IMG/VR virus record: IMGVR_UViG_3300013126_000028
Coordinates: 1,595 to 65,594 of that record
Origin: a virus
Lineage: Duplodnaviria > Caudoviricetes
Reading direction: 5' to 3' (one strand)
Length of the DNA stretch: 64,000 bases
Part shown: piece by piece, positions 38,574-47,370 of the stretch
How the letters are laid out: each line of letters starts with the position of its first letter
How positions within the stretch are numbered: the first letter of the stretch is position 1
Position numbers and translations under genes: made by a program
The notes under the pieces: generated by a model
Told to the model about the DNA's origin: nothing
What the model saw: the letters and a program-made list of their open reading frames with translations, nothing else
Databases searched by the model: none

Positions 38574-39491
38574 TCAAGTATCTCTTTTTTCTCCATAAAG
38601 ATACTTAAAAGTAGGAAATCTTAGTGATTTTCCACCATCTTGGTTCTCAGTCTCTTCAAAATACTGAACCAAAATTTGCTTACCTAAAATTTTAGTAGGA
38701 TCTTGATAAAACTCTTGACGTTGTTTGATAGTGAAACCACTACCAACATCAACAGTATATCCTTTATGTACAATTATCGCATTAGATAACATGGTTTCCT
38801 CATGTTCTCTACCATCCTTCACATATCTAAATGGTCCGGTTGTAATCTGAACCACTTCATATTCACCATCATAAAAACTCTTATACTTCAATAAGTCTTT
38901 ACTTCTTTTACCTTTGTATGGAGCATCAGCCCTAAACATAATACCCTCCCAATTATTGGTATTAGCCTTACCGGACCATTCATTAAAATCATCATCACAA
39001 GTAACTTTTTCGTGTTCAAGAACACTCAAACACTTACAGGTATTTTTTTTCATTACTTCATTAAGATTAGAATAGCGAATACTATAAGGTTTATTTTTAT
39101 CTCCCTTTTTACTATAGAATTCGTCGTGACTAATCATATCAAAGATCTTATAGGAGGGATTCTCTAAGGTATGATCTTTCTTACGAATTTCTTTCATAAC
39201 GCCCTGAAAATCTTCATTACCATTATCATCTATAAGACATAATTCTCCATCAAATACAACATTCTTAATTCCAAGATCTTTAATTCCACCAGCAACAACA
39301 TCTAAAGTATCAAACGTCTTACCTGTTCTAGAATAAAAAGAAGAGTTTCCATCGTTGTCTACTATGGCAATAAGCCTACAATTATGTTTGAGTATACCAT
39401 TAGCAAAAAAATTAGCATTATCAGCAACTTCTAGTTCGTATTTATCTTTTGATTCAATTTTTTCTATTGATTTAATTTTAATATTTTGCAT
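38574..39491 (-). CDS. ATP-dependent DNA ligase, C-terminal half, preceded by C-intein (37 aa)
   Basis: MQNIKIKSIEKI...YELEV....NFFANGILKHN|C; then SRTGK, FDGE, FD, EGIM, LLKYK, VGSGF, LRFP. Confidence 0.92.
   Translation of the reverse strand: MQNIKIKSIEKIESKDKYELEVADNANFFANGILKHNCRLIAIVDNDGNSSFYSRTGKTFDTLDVVAGGIKDLGIKNVVFDGELCLIDDNGNEDFQGVMKEIRKKDHTLENPSYKIFDMISHDEFYSKKGDKNKPYSIRYSNLNEVMKKNTCKCLSVLEHEKVTCDDDFNEWSGKANTNNWEGIMFRADAPYKGKRSKDLLKYKSFYDGEYEVVQITTGPFRYVKDGREHEETMLSNAIIVHKGYTVDVGSGFTIKQRQEFYQDPTKILGKQILVQYFEETENQDGGKSLRFPTFKYLYGEKRDT
39381..39491 (-). mobile_element. Split intein C-fragment
   Basis: Blocks F/G ending HN followed by Cys+1 (TGT at 39380-39378). Confidence 0.9.
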
Positions 39492-40369
39492 AATTTCCTT
39501 TCAATTTTTCCTATGTCTTTTTGTATATCTGATACCCAAAAACAGTATATCTTATAACCAAAACTTTTCAAATGATTAACACGAATTTTGTCTTTTTTCC
39601 AAATATCTTTAGCGCACAATTCCCCATCCCATGTTATAATAATATCATTTGGTTTATATGTTTTAGGATTAGCGTGAAATGTATCTCCGTAAATTTCAAT
39701 AATAATTTTTTTATTTTCAATAATTATATCTGGTCTAGGATTATATTTTCTTTTTAAACTTTTATTATATCTATTAAAATTTATGTCTTCTGTGTTTTCG
39801 CTAATATAAATTATATTATATTTATCTAATATAGTCTCTATTCTTTTATGTGGTATAGATTTTTTACCATTATTTCTTCTGTAACTTGGTAAATCAACTG
39901 AATTTTCAATTCCATATTTTTTTATCATTGTCTGTCTACTCTTTTGCTTAATAGACTCAACTTGAAAAATATTGGTAATACCCTTTCCGTATTTTTTCTC
40001 TAATGTTTTTTTGGTTGTTGGGGATTGAAAAGCGTTTTTATATCCGTATTTTTTGATATTTGTTTCCTCCCTCTGACGCTTTGTAATGGGATTATTCATA
40101 GCCTCTTTAATTGTCTGAGTCTTAATTCCTAATTTTTTACATCTTTCAATTATGTGTCTTGTTTTTATTTTTGGATCATTTAATTCTATTTCTAGAGAAT
40201 AACATGAACGCTTAAATTTAATAATATGTTTAGTCAAATATTTTTTTGTTAGGATATTATTTCTATAGCAAGATATATATTTATTATACTCCTCACATTT
40301 TGCTTGATGTCCGTATAATTGTTTTTTGGTTTTTAACCCAGTTTTATTACAATATTTACATTTCATCAT
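39464..40369 (-). mobile_element. Free-standing Vsr-like homing endonuclease between the ligase halves
   Basis: N-terminal C..C/H...C Zn finger, T..KKYG repeats, C-terminal PDI.I....IIIEIYGDTFH...KD..R...L...GY....W. Confidence 0.82.
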
Positions 40370-40422
40370 AATCTCCTCGTTAGTATTTAATACACCAATA
40401 TCGAGAAAACTAGATGGAAAAT

Positions 40423-40743
40423 TTAATTGCTAAAAAGAATTTCTTCGTTTCCGTTCAATTCATCTACACGACGATAGCATTTTAATTTAGGAACATATAC
40501 TGTGTCGTTGCCAGTGATATTAAGAATGACTCCATTTTCTAATGTAATTTTATACCATTGTGTAGGTTTAGTTTCAGAAATGTCGTGCAAATTTTTCATA
40601 TGATTTATAATAGGCTTATACTCTATTTTTTTACTTTTATGATTATAACACTTAACATTACCTACTATTTTATTGTCTATTACATAACCTACTGGTAAAC
40701 GATCACCATTATCAAACTCTACAATGGTATTATAATCAACACA
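40423..40743 (-). mobile_element. Split intein N-fragment
   Basis: C1, V..YN, WYKITLENG..L.ITGND (block B), DEL..NE.I then stop. Confidence 0.88.
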
Positions 40744-41250
40744 CCCGTCTAGTTTGCGTGAGACAAACCAGCCATCTTCCCAATCCACAATATTGGGGTC
40801 AAATTTATCGGCCAAAGCCACACTAAACTCTGGAATCAAGTTTGGTATTGCTTTATTTAAGATCTTATCGCCCGCCCTGGTTTTTAAGTCCTTGTCAATA
40901 ACACAATGAATAAGTTCCTCATACTCATCATTATGTTCAATAAAACTATTTACCGCCGCAATAGCATCATGACCAGTAATTTTGCGACTCTTTAGATCGT
41001 CGAGAAGATCAAAGAAATTATTGTATTCGTTCTTTCGTGAGACAAGATGATTTTTCTTCTTTAGATTGTCGCTTGTAATATTGTATTGCCAAAGAGGATG
41101 GTAAGTATATCGAAGAATATTTTTAGCAAAATTTGCTGATGCTGTGTTGTGTCCACAATAATCAAGGATAATACCTTCTTTATCTTTGGTGCTACTTGTG
41201 GCCCTAAGATCACGAACCATTCCCCAAACATAATCAAAATCGTGAATCAT
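40423..41250 (-). CDS. ATP-dependent DNA ligase, N-terminal half, followed by N-intein (106 aa)
   Basis: KDLK, motif I RKLDG directly followed by intein block A CVDYNTIV at 40743. Confidence 0.92.
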   Translation of the reverse strand: MIHDFDYVWGMVRDLRATSSTKDKEGIILDYCGHNTASANFAKNILRYTYHPLWQYNITSDNLKKKNHLVSRKNEYNNFFDLLDDLKSRKITGHDAIAAVNSFIEHNDEYEELIHCVIDKDLKTRAGDKILNKAIPNLIPEFSVALADKFDPNIVDWEDGWFVSRKLDGCVDYNTIVEFDNGDRLPVGYVIDNKIVGNVKCYNHKSKKIEYKPIINHMKNLHDISETKPTQWYKITLENGVILNITGNDTVYVPKLKCYRRVDELNGNEEILFSN

Positions 41251-41274
41251 TCTTTTTTCTCCTGTGTTTAGCGT

Positions 41275-41303
41275 AGTATACCCTATTCAATAGTGTCTGT
41301 CAA
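41275..41303 (-). promoter_or_regulatory. sigma70-like promoter for ligase
   Basis: TTGACA-N17-TATACT. Confidence 0.7.
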
Positions 41304-41701
41304 GTGTCTGTAGTCTCAGCAGAATAATAATCTTGCCAATTTTCTTTAGGAACCAATGTTTTATAGTCTATAGTCAATTCCTCCCCTTGTTTAATATTTT
41401 GGGAAGCAATACAGGTATTATCATCTAAATCAATAATGTTGGGATTAACAGAATGATTTATAAATCTACTATCATCAATTGGAATCATATAGTTATTATC
41501 TTTATCTAGCCAATAGTAATCTTTTTCTTGTATAAAATTTTGTTCTACTATAGACAAATTATTATAATCCTTCTGACTAATTTTTAGCACTGAAATGCTT
41601 GTCATTTTCCATATAACATCATCTTTTGATATATCTTGATCTGCAAATAATCCAATCCCGGCTATTGTACTTTTATCTATTTTTGTTTTTACTATTAGCA
41701 T
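41300..41701 (-). CDS. SET-domain methyltransferase
   Basis: GIGLFA, RFINHS..PN, GEELTIDY. Confidence 0.9.
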   Translation of the reverse strand: MLIVKTKIDKSTIAGIGLFADQDISKDDVIWKMTSISVLKISQKDYNNLSIVEQNFIQEKDYYWLDKDNNYMIPIDDSRFINHSVNPNIIDLDDNTCIASQNIKQGEELTIDYKTLVPKENWQDYYSAETTDT

Positions 41702-42243
41702 TAATCTCCCCAGTACAGTTTTTCTTCTCGTTTATAAAACTTTAGATTTTGCTTTGCATAATCGGATACAAAGTGTTTATCTTCAAATTCTAAATAATTA
41801 TTAGGATATAATGCGAATTGTCCATTAATTAATTCTATCAGATTTAAGGGTTTATGCTCTTGAGGGTATCTACTAAATCCATCAGTCCAGTCTATTATTA
41901 TTCCAGTATGTCTAGCACCAGTTTTTATAACTTCTCTTGTATAACACCTCATCCCTTCAAGATATTCCATATATACGGCTTCTATATTTTCACCCATAGT
42001 TGACCAAGGCATCAATTCTTGATAGTCATAAGAAAAATCTTCTGATGTTGAAATTCCATGTATGGGCAGTCCGCTCCAATTTGCCCCACTTTCTAATAGT
42101 ACATGACAGAATAAAACCTGATTCATTCTGCCAAATACTCCATGCCAAATACCATTAGTATAACCATTTGGCATATTACTTCCAAGATATTTATTGTTTA
42201 TCTTGACATATAGATGAAATGGTAATGATGAGTGTCTAGACAT
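41701..42243 (-). CDS. Phage hypothetical protein
   Basis: 180-aa ORF; LESGA....LP.H, EHK, GQFA.YPNN. Confidence 0.75.
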   Translation of the reverse strand: MSRHSSLPFHLYVKINNKYLGSNMPNGYTNGIWHGVFGRMNQVLFCHVLLESGANWSGLPIHGISTSEDFSYDYQELMPWSTMGENIEAVYMEYLEGMRCYTREVIKTGARHTGIIIDWTDGFSRYPQEHKPLNLIELINGQFALYPNNYLEFEDKHFVSDYAKQNLKFYKREEKLYWGD

Positions 42244-42590
42244 TATTTATTCTTTCTGGATAAGAAATAATTCATTGCTTTAACGATACCATCTAAGTTA
42301 TCCCCAAGTTTACCTAGACCTTCGTTACAACTCTTACAAAGCCACCCTCTAAAAGTATCATCACTATGATCATGATCTAATGCCCATTGATAAGGTACTT
42401 TTCCACAAAGTTCACAAACATCCGGTTTTGGTGGTGCTACTTTATGAAGTTTACTTCTTATTTTAGAATGTTTTTTAACACACTGTCTGCATCTACTATC
42501 AAGATTATCTTTGTACATACTGTGCTTGGGAAAACTTTTGAGATTTTTTCGTTTGCCACAGTAGGTACAAATTTTTCTCATTATCAACAA
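42243..42590 (-). CDS. Endonuclease VII-like (His-Me finger) protein
   Basis: CELCG, LDHDH...FRGWLC..CN..LG...D. Confidence 0.85.
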   Translation of the reverse strand: MLIMRKICTYCGKRKNLKSFPKHSMYKDNLDSRCRQCVKKHSKIRSKLHKVAPPKPDVCELCGKVPYQWALDHDHSDDTFRGWLCKSCNEGLGKLGDNLDGIVKAMNYFLSRKNK

Positions 42591-42762
42591 CTTGGCGAGA
42601 TATGAATGTGATCTAGTGAATAAACAAGAGTTTTTTTATCAAGAACTAAACTTAAGTGATCTTTAATAATTTGAACTTGAACAGATGATAATTACCTATG
42701 GGATCATGTTCTATTAGTTCAAAAAATCCTTGCAACCAATAAACAAAATTTTCTGGGGTCAT
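42584..42762 (-). pseudogene. Small phage gene with apparent 1-nt frameshift
   Basis: MTPENFVYWLQGFFEL... continues as LSSVQVQIIKDHL.LV in another frame after GGT AA; span of 179 nt. Confidence 0.5.
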
Positions 42763-42785
42763 AATTCAATCCTTTCTTTATTAAG

Positions 42786-43136
42786 TGGAGGTGTTGGCGG
42801 CGAAGCCAAGTCTTGCGATAATTTTAACTATACTTTCTACAAGTTTATTTTGTTCATAAATTTTAAGAAAAGTTAAAGAACAAACAACATTTACTTTTCT
42901 GTACCAACTAATCTTAGGTTAGAACCCGTTGGTTATTCTAACAGCCGAAGGATTTAACAACGATTTTTTGGACGCTACCTTCATCGCCTCCTCAAATCGT
43001 GCTACCTTTTAATCAGGCAGCAAGAGCTAACTGAGTTTTGCCAGTTACAGCATTTGGCAGACTTTTAAAGTGGCCTGTCTACCAACCACTACTTGCTAAT
43101 ATAATCTCTATCATCCAATCGATACATTTCACCCCC
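42786..43136 (-). ncRNA. ssrA: tmRNA
   Basis: 5' GGGGGTG pairs with 3' CACCTCC-A with G3.U; resume context GTAACT-GGC; tag ORF 43042-43013 GKTQLALAA*; 351 nt. Confidence 0.92.
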
Positions 43137-43145
43137 GTATGTTTT

Positions 43146-43173
43146 ATTATACACTGTGAATTGGAAAAGTCAA
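43146..43173 (-). promoter_or_regulatory. Promoter for tmRNA
   Basis: TTGACT-N16-TATAAT just upstream of the tmRNA 5' end. Confidence 0.7.
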
Positions 43174-43245
43174 TAGGTATCATAAAAAAAATTATCTTGC
43201 ATTCTTATAATTATTGTGTATTATATGGTAAGGGGTTCGATTCAG

Positions 43246-43806
43246 ATGAAAGATAAAATCTTAAATCTTCGTAAAAAAGGCTTATCTTATAACGATATCC
43301 AAAAGAAATTAAAGTGTTCAAAAGCAACAATTAGTTATCATTGTGGTAAAGGACAAAAAAAGAAGAACGATTTGCGTAGGCGAAGGCGTAGATCGTCTAA
43401 TATACTAAGAAATAAAATAGAAAATTTTAAATACAAACAAAAAACAGAAATTATATATGAAAAAGATCATCGTAATGTTCGCAAAATTTTACAAATTAAA
43501 TTGAGTTTTTTTAGTATGAACAGAAAAACAAAAAAGGTAAAGCAAAAATTTTCTTTACAGGACTTAGTAGATAAAATTGGAGATAATCCAACCTGCTATT
43601 TAACTGGTAGACCTATAGATTTATCTGATGGACGATCATATCATTTAGATCACATCGTTCCAGTTAGTAAAGGTGGTTCAAACGATTTATCAAATTGTCA
43701 AATAGCGTGTAAAGAAGCAAACCAAGCAAAGAGCAATTTGTCTTATGATGAATTCATTAAACTTTGTCAAGAAGTGATTCATAAAAGTCCCAAGCCTGGG
43801 AGTTAA
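43246..43806 (+). mobile_element. HNH endonuclease with N-terminal HTH, opposite strand
   Basis: I..LR..G.SY..I...L.CSK.TISYH; CYLTG, LDHIVP.SKGG.N...N...C..AN..K; start taken at ATG 43246. Confidence 0.85.
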
Positions 43807-43858
43807 ACCCAGCGTAAGTACCTTATAAGAGTACGTTGCCAATCGGTTTCCGCTTGGG
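43788..43858 (-). tRNA. tRNA-Ile(UAU)-like gene with degenerate D-arm
   Basis: Acceptor CCCAAGC/GCTTGGG-A, anticodon arm GTACT-CTTATAA-GGTAC, T-arm CTGGG-TTTAACT-CCCAG; own promoter. Confidence 0.65.
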
Positions 43859-43878
43859 GAATTTCTTGTCTGTGCTGT

Positions 43879-43906
43879 ATTGTACCTTATCAACCGATCC
43901 TGTCAA
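43879..43906 (-). promoter_or_regulatory. Promoter for tRNA-Ile-like gene
   Basis: TTGACA-N16-TACAAT. Confidence 0.7.
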
Positions 43907-44244
43907 CTCTTGAGTCTAAAATCCCAAATTTTCAAGTTGTATTCTTTGGCTAAATCAAACATCATTTGAGTTCCTTTTCCTCCAGTGAATAAAACGCAAC
44001 CATCAGCATATTCTGCCATTTGTTTGTTTCGTAAGTATCCTGCTTTTTTACCATAAGTTTTCCAATCAGCAGGAAATATTTTAATTGAAATATGATTTTT
44101 TCTAGCCCATAATTCTCCACAGGAATCAACCCCTCTTGCTGCTCCACTAACTACTTGAGAAATGTTGCTTACTAGTTCATCTAACTTTAGTATATCTTCG
44201 TCGTTCAAATAGTAATCTCTTCCTCCAGCAATAATAGTTTTCAT
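43903..44244 (-). CDS. SLOG/YspA-like (DUF2493-like) protein
   Basis: IIAGGRDY, VSGAARGVD, PADW..YGKKAG..RN..M, GT..M. Confidence 0.85.
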   Translation of the reverse strand: MKTIIAGGRDYYLNDEDILKLDELVSNISQVVSGAARGVDSCGELWARKNHISIKIFPADWKTYGKKAGYLRNKQMAEYADGCVLFTGGKGTQMMFDLAKEYNLKIWDFRLKS

Positions 44245-44774
44245 TTTCTAGACTCTATGAAATTTCTATAAATACTCATAACAATACCACTAGTAGTTCC
44301 AACATTTAATGAACGAACACTTCCATAATTAGGAATAGTCAAAACTACATTTGATCTATCTAAAATTAGGTTCGACAACCCTTTATTTTCTTCACCAAAT
44401 ACAAAGATAGGTTGATTGCTATCAGAAAAATCAAAGTTGAAAAGATTCACTGTTTTATCCTCGTACTCTGGAATATTATTTTCAATCGCAATAATTGTTC
44501 GTCCAGAAAGTTGCAAAAGAAAAGATTCTTCATCTTTATGATGATACATTGGAGTATAGTGATGAGTTCCTACGCTGCCTCTTTTATCCCACTTCTTTTT
44601 ACCCACATAATGTACGCTTCTAAATCCAAAAAAGTTTGCATTACGAATCATTGTACTAAGATTAAAATCGCCCCCAATATTAATCATCGCCACACTAGAG
44701 GGAATACTATTACTATGACAATAATTAGCAATATCTGGAATAGCCAAATCTTTAAGACAATCAAGCACGTTCAT
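44241..44774 (-). CDS. SpoU/TrmH-family RNA methyltransferase
   Basis: N...MIR.A..FG, VFGEE..GL, IP..G.VRSLNV. Confidence 0.88.
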   Translation of the reverse strand: MNVLDCLKDLAIPDIANYCHSNSIPSSVAMINIGGDFNLSTMIRNANFFGFRSVHYVGKKKWDKRGSVGTHHYTPMYHHKDEESFLLQLSGRTIIAIENNIPEYEDKTVNLFNFDFSDSNQPIFVFGEENKGLSNLILDRSNVVLTIPNYGSVRSLNVGTTSGIVMSIYRNFIESRK

Positions 44775-45015
44775 CTTTTTCCAATTTTCTTTGTAATATT
44801 TTTAGTTCTTGTTCTAACACCGCTATCTTAGAATACATTTCGCCACAGCGTAAACATATATCAGAACTAATGTAGGATCTTGCTTCCCATATTTCTTCTT
44901 TTATATCAGAGATTCTATTATAGATTTTTTCTTTTTCGTTTGGGTTTAGATTTATCATTTTTTGGAATCTCCTTGTGCCAAAAAACCATTTCGTTAATTT
45001 CATCATCCCAAGCAC
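44761..45015 (-). CDS. Hypothetical protein
   Basis: 84-aa ORF, real start probably internal. Confidence 0.5.
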   Translation of the reverse strand: MLGMMKLTKWFFGTRRFQKMINLNPNEKEKIYNRISDIKEEIWEARSYISSDICLRCGEMYSKIAVLEQELKILQRKLEKDERA

Positions 45016-45313
45016 ACTCTACCAAATCTTGTGCCGCAAGTTTAGCCAGTCCAACATTATGAATCCAAACACTTACTTCTTCAAAAATTTGTCGATTAAC
45101 AGTTTCGTTAAGCATGGGTCTACTATTATCATCTAGCCCCAAACACTTATTTTTAACCAAATTAATCATTTGACCAATACTAATATAACTATCTAGATCA
45201 TCATTACTAGCCCCATTTTCTGTTAGATTATTAGCGGCAGCCTCTCTTATTTGAAGAGTATAACCATTAAGATCAGTAATAGCATAAACTTCTTCTTGCA
45301 TAATATACTCCAA
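44918..45313 (-). CDS. Hypothetical protein, paralogue of 26918..27337
   Basis: Shared N- and C-terminal motifs. Confidence 0.7.
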   Translation of the reverse strand: MEYIMQEEVYAITDLNGYTLQIREAAANNLTENGASNDDLDSYISIGQMINLVKNKCLGLDDNSRPMLNETVNRQIFEEVSVWIHNVGLAKLAAQDLVECAWDDEINEMVFWHKEIPKNDKSKPKRKRKNL

Positions 45314-45592
45314 TTATTTGATAAATTTAGATACACCAGAATTATCTTCTCTATTCATTTTATCCATAATACAATCTATAGTATCCTGCATATTGAATTC
45401 TCCTCTAGACAACCATCTATTATCCTCAGATAAGGCTGTGCTTATTTGCGGAATATAATGTTGATATGCGAGGTCAAACTCTTCTGGAAAATAAGTTTTT
45501 AGAATTCTTTCTATATGAAATAATGCTCCAGAAATTTCATCTCTATAATCCAACAATCTGTTAAACTGGTCTTTTTGAGTTTGGTTAAGCAT
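45314..45592 (-). CDS. Hypothetical protein
   Basis: 92-aa ORF. Confidence 0.65.
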   Translation of the reverse strand: MLNQTQKDQFNRLLDYRDEISGALFHIERILKTYFPEEFDLAYQHYIPQISTALSEDNRWLSRGEFNMQDTIDCIMDKMNREDNSGVSKFIK

Positions 45593-46001
45593 TTTGAATT
45601 TCTTTCTTTTTGAGTTTCAGAATCTTATGCTTAACTTTCCACACTAGGGTTTCGGGATTTTGATAGTCTTCTCCCATATAAATATGAGCAAATCCGGCAT
45701 TCTTATCCAAACCCCAAGCATGAATACCCTTACTATCAACTCTCTCTACAATAAATTTACCACGATAACCCATAGGAATCAATTCTCCACCATGAAGAAA
45801 ATATGGGCCTCCACCAACCTTGATTTTGTCACCCTTTTCAAGTTGTTTCCAATCAAAGTCTTTCACAACTTTAAGTGTTCTTTTCTCTTTGTTGGTCATC
45901 TTAAAAGAAAAAACATGATTGCAATTTTTGTTTTTGCAAACGTATGAGCGTGGGCCATTTTCCATAGAACCGCAAGAGGGACAGGTTTTACGACCTTTCA
46001 T
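45585..46001 (-). CDS. Zn-ribbon protein
   Basis: CPSCG...C...C.H.F N-terminus; GGAG RBS. Confidence 0.7.
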   Translation of the reverse strand: MKGRKTCPSCGSMENGPRSYVCKNKNCNHVFSFKMTNKEKRTLKVVKDFDWKQLEKGDKIKVGGGPYFLHGGELIPMGYRGKFIVERVDSKGIHAWGLDKNAGFAHIYMGEDYQNPETLVWKVKHKILKLKKKEIQNA

Positions 46002-46038
46002 TGTAGTCTCCAGTGTTGTTGTGTTGGTTGATGATCTA

Positions 46039-46066
46039 AGTATACAACAGTTATCGAGCGTGTCAA
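46039..46066 (-). promoter_or_regulatory. sigma70-like promoter
   Basis: TTGACA-N16-TATACT. Confidence 0.75.
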
Positions 46067-46284
46067 GAGGTTTTCTTTAGCCCATCCACGATAGTTAGTT
46101 TACCCGGAACATAATGACAAAAATAACTACTATGAATTTTTCTTTTAGTTAGATTATCTTCTTCAATTTCTGTGTAAACATTAATTCTATATCTATGTTC
46201 CCAAACATTAATTATCTTGGTCATAAGATGATTTTTGGGTTTAGTTACTTGTTTGAACAAAAGACTCTCAATTTCAAGATTCAT
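46063..46284 (-). CDS. Hypothetical protein
   Basis: 73-aa ORF, NVW..RYRINVY. Confidence 0.65.
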   Translation of the reverse strand: MNLEIESLLFKQVTKPKNHLMTKIINVWEHRYRINVYTEIEEDNLTKRKIHSSYFCHYVPGKLTIVDGLKKTS

Positions 46285-46498
46285 TAATAGTCTCCCTTTG
46301 AAAAGTATCTACTGAAAAACTAATCTTACCATCTGGAGTTTCAATAAAGTCTACACTATAATAGTCTAGAGTTTCCCAGTCCCACACTTTAACTTCTTCT
46401 TGCCAAGGAAATTTCCCAAGATTTTTAAAGTCATGAGCCTTTTGATGAAGAAAATTATATAAATCAAGCCAGTTCATTTTATCCATAGGTTTGAGCAT
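46274..46498 (-). CDS. Hypothetical protein
   Basis: 74-aa ORF with AGGAG RBS. Confidence 0.65.
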   Translation of the reverse strand: MLKPMDKMNWLDLYNFLHQKAHDFKNLGKFPWQEEVKVWDWETLDYYSVDFIETPDGKISFSVDTFQRETINES

Positions 46499-46512
46499 TT
46501 TATTTCTCCTAG

Positions 46513-46731
46513 TTATCTTGCACGACGATTTGCTCTGTTTAAAATACGAATAGTTTCTTTAGCATTATTTGGAACCATAACTAATTGTGGTGCTGTTTTA
46601 TGCTGATAATCACAAAAGCCCACGGCTCTACTTTCTACACTACATTCTTTACAAATAATACGCCTGCCAGTTTCCATAAGAAACTCATAACGATCAACGC
46701 CAACACAATTTTTGCAGTAAATACAATTCAT
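46513..46731 (-). CDS. DksA/TraR-like C4 zinc-finger protein
   Basis: CIYC......RYE........CKEC. Confidence 0.55.
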   Translation of the reverse strand: MNCIYCKNCVGVDRYEFLMETGRRIICKECSVESRAVGFCDYQHKTAPQLVMVPNNAKETIRILNRANRRAR

Positions 46732-46910
46732 ATTATTCTCTTGTTTGTTCCTTTACTTTAAGTAAAATATTTTCTATGTTGGCTAATAAACTTGATCTAG
46801 GAAAACTTTTTTCTGCTTCTAATTTGGCGATACTTAATGCCCATTTTAATGTGTAGGCTTCATTATCATTTAAAGACAATAACATATTTTCATTTTCCTT
46901 TTGTTCTAGG

Positions 46911-46938
46911 ATTATACCATGCTCATCGGCACTGTCAA
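46911..46938 (-). promoter_or_regulatory. sigma70-like promoter
   Basis: TTGACA-N16-TATAAT. Confidence 0.75.
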
Positions 46939-47370
46939 CTCGTTCAGTTTAATCAAATTTCCAAAACTATCACTAAAATTCCCACAATCGGTACTATAAT
47001 AGATATCAGAAAGACCAACGCTGTTCAAAAGTTTATCACAATTTTCACAAGGCTTACTTCCAAGGATCAATCCTTTTCGATTAATTCTCATAACAACAAC
47101 GCTCCAAGATGGGTCGATAGTATTATATCTATCCAAAAGTTTACTAATAAGATGACTCTCACTATGAAAAAAAGGAAACTCTTTATACTTGGGAAGATTA
47201 AACTCTTCACCAATTCTATAAGCACCGGCGTGAGTTTTAAGAGTGTCATTTTGGGCAAAACAGATCATTTTATTTCCGTCAAAACATCCTGCAAAGTGCC
47301 AGCAGCGAATTTCTTTACAAGGAATCCAGTTCTGATATGCTCGTCTGATCGTTTTGGTTATAATCTTCAT
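46912..47370 (-). CDS. Cytidine/deoxycytidylate deaminase-fold protein
   Basis: HSE and SKPCENC Zn-binding motifs, IYYS; start taken at ATG 47370. Confidence 0.75.
   Translation of the reverse strand: MKIITKTIRRAYQNWIPCKEIRCWHFAGCFDGNKMICFAQNDTLKTHAGAYRIGEEFNLPKYKEFPFFHSESHLISKLLDRYNTIDPSWSVVVMRINRKGLILGSKPCENCDKLLNSVGLSDIYYSTDCGNFSDSFGNLIKLNELTVPMSMV

Noticed and set aside
39464-40422. Group I intron explaining the ligase interruption
   Set aside because: Only ~50 nt separate the N-intein stop from the endonuclease start, and the endonuclease overlaps the C-intein start, leaving no room for a ribozyme core.
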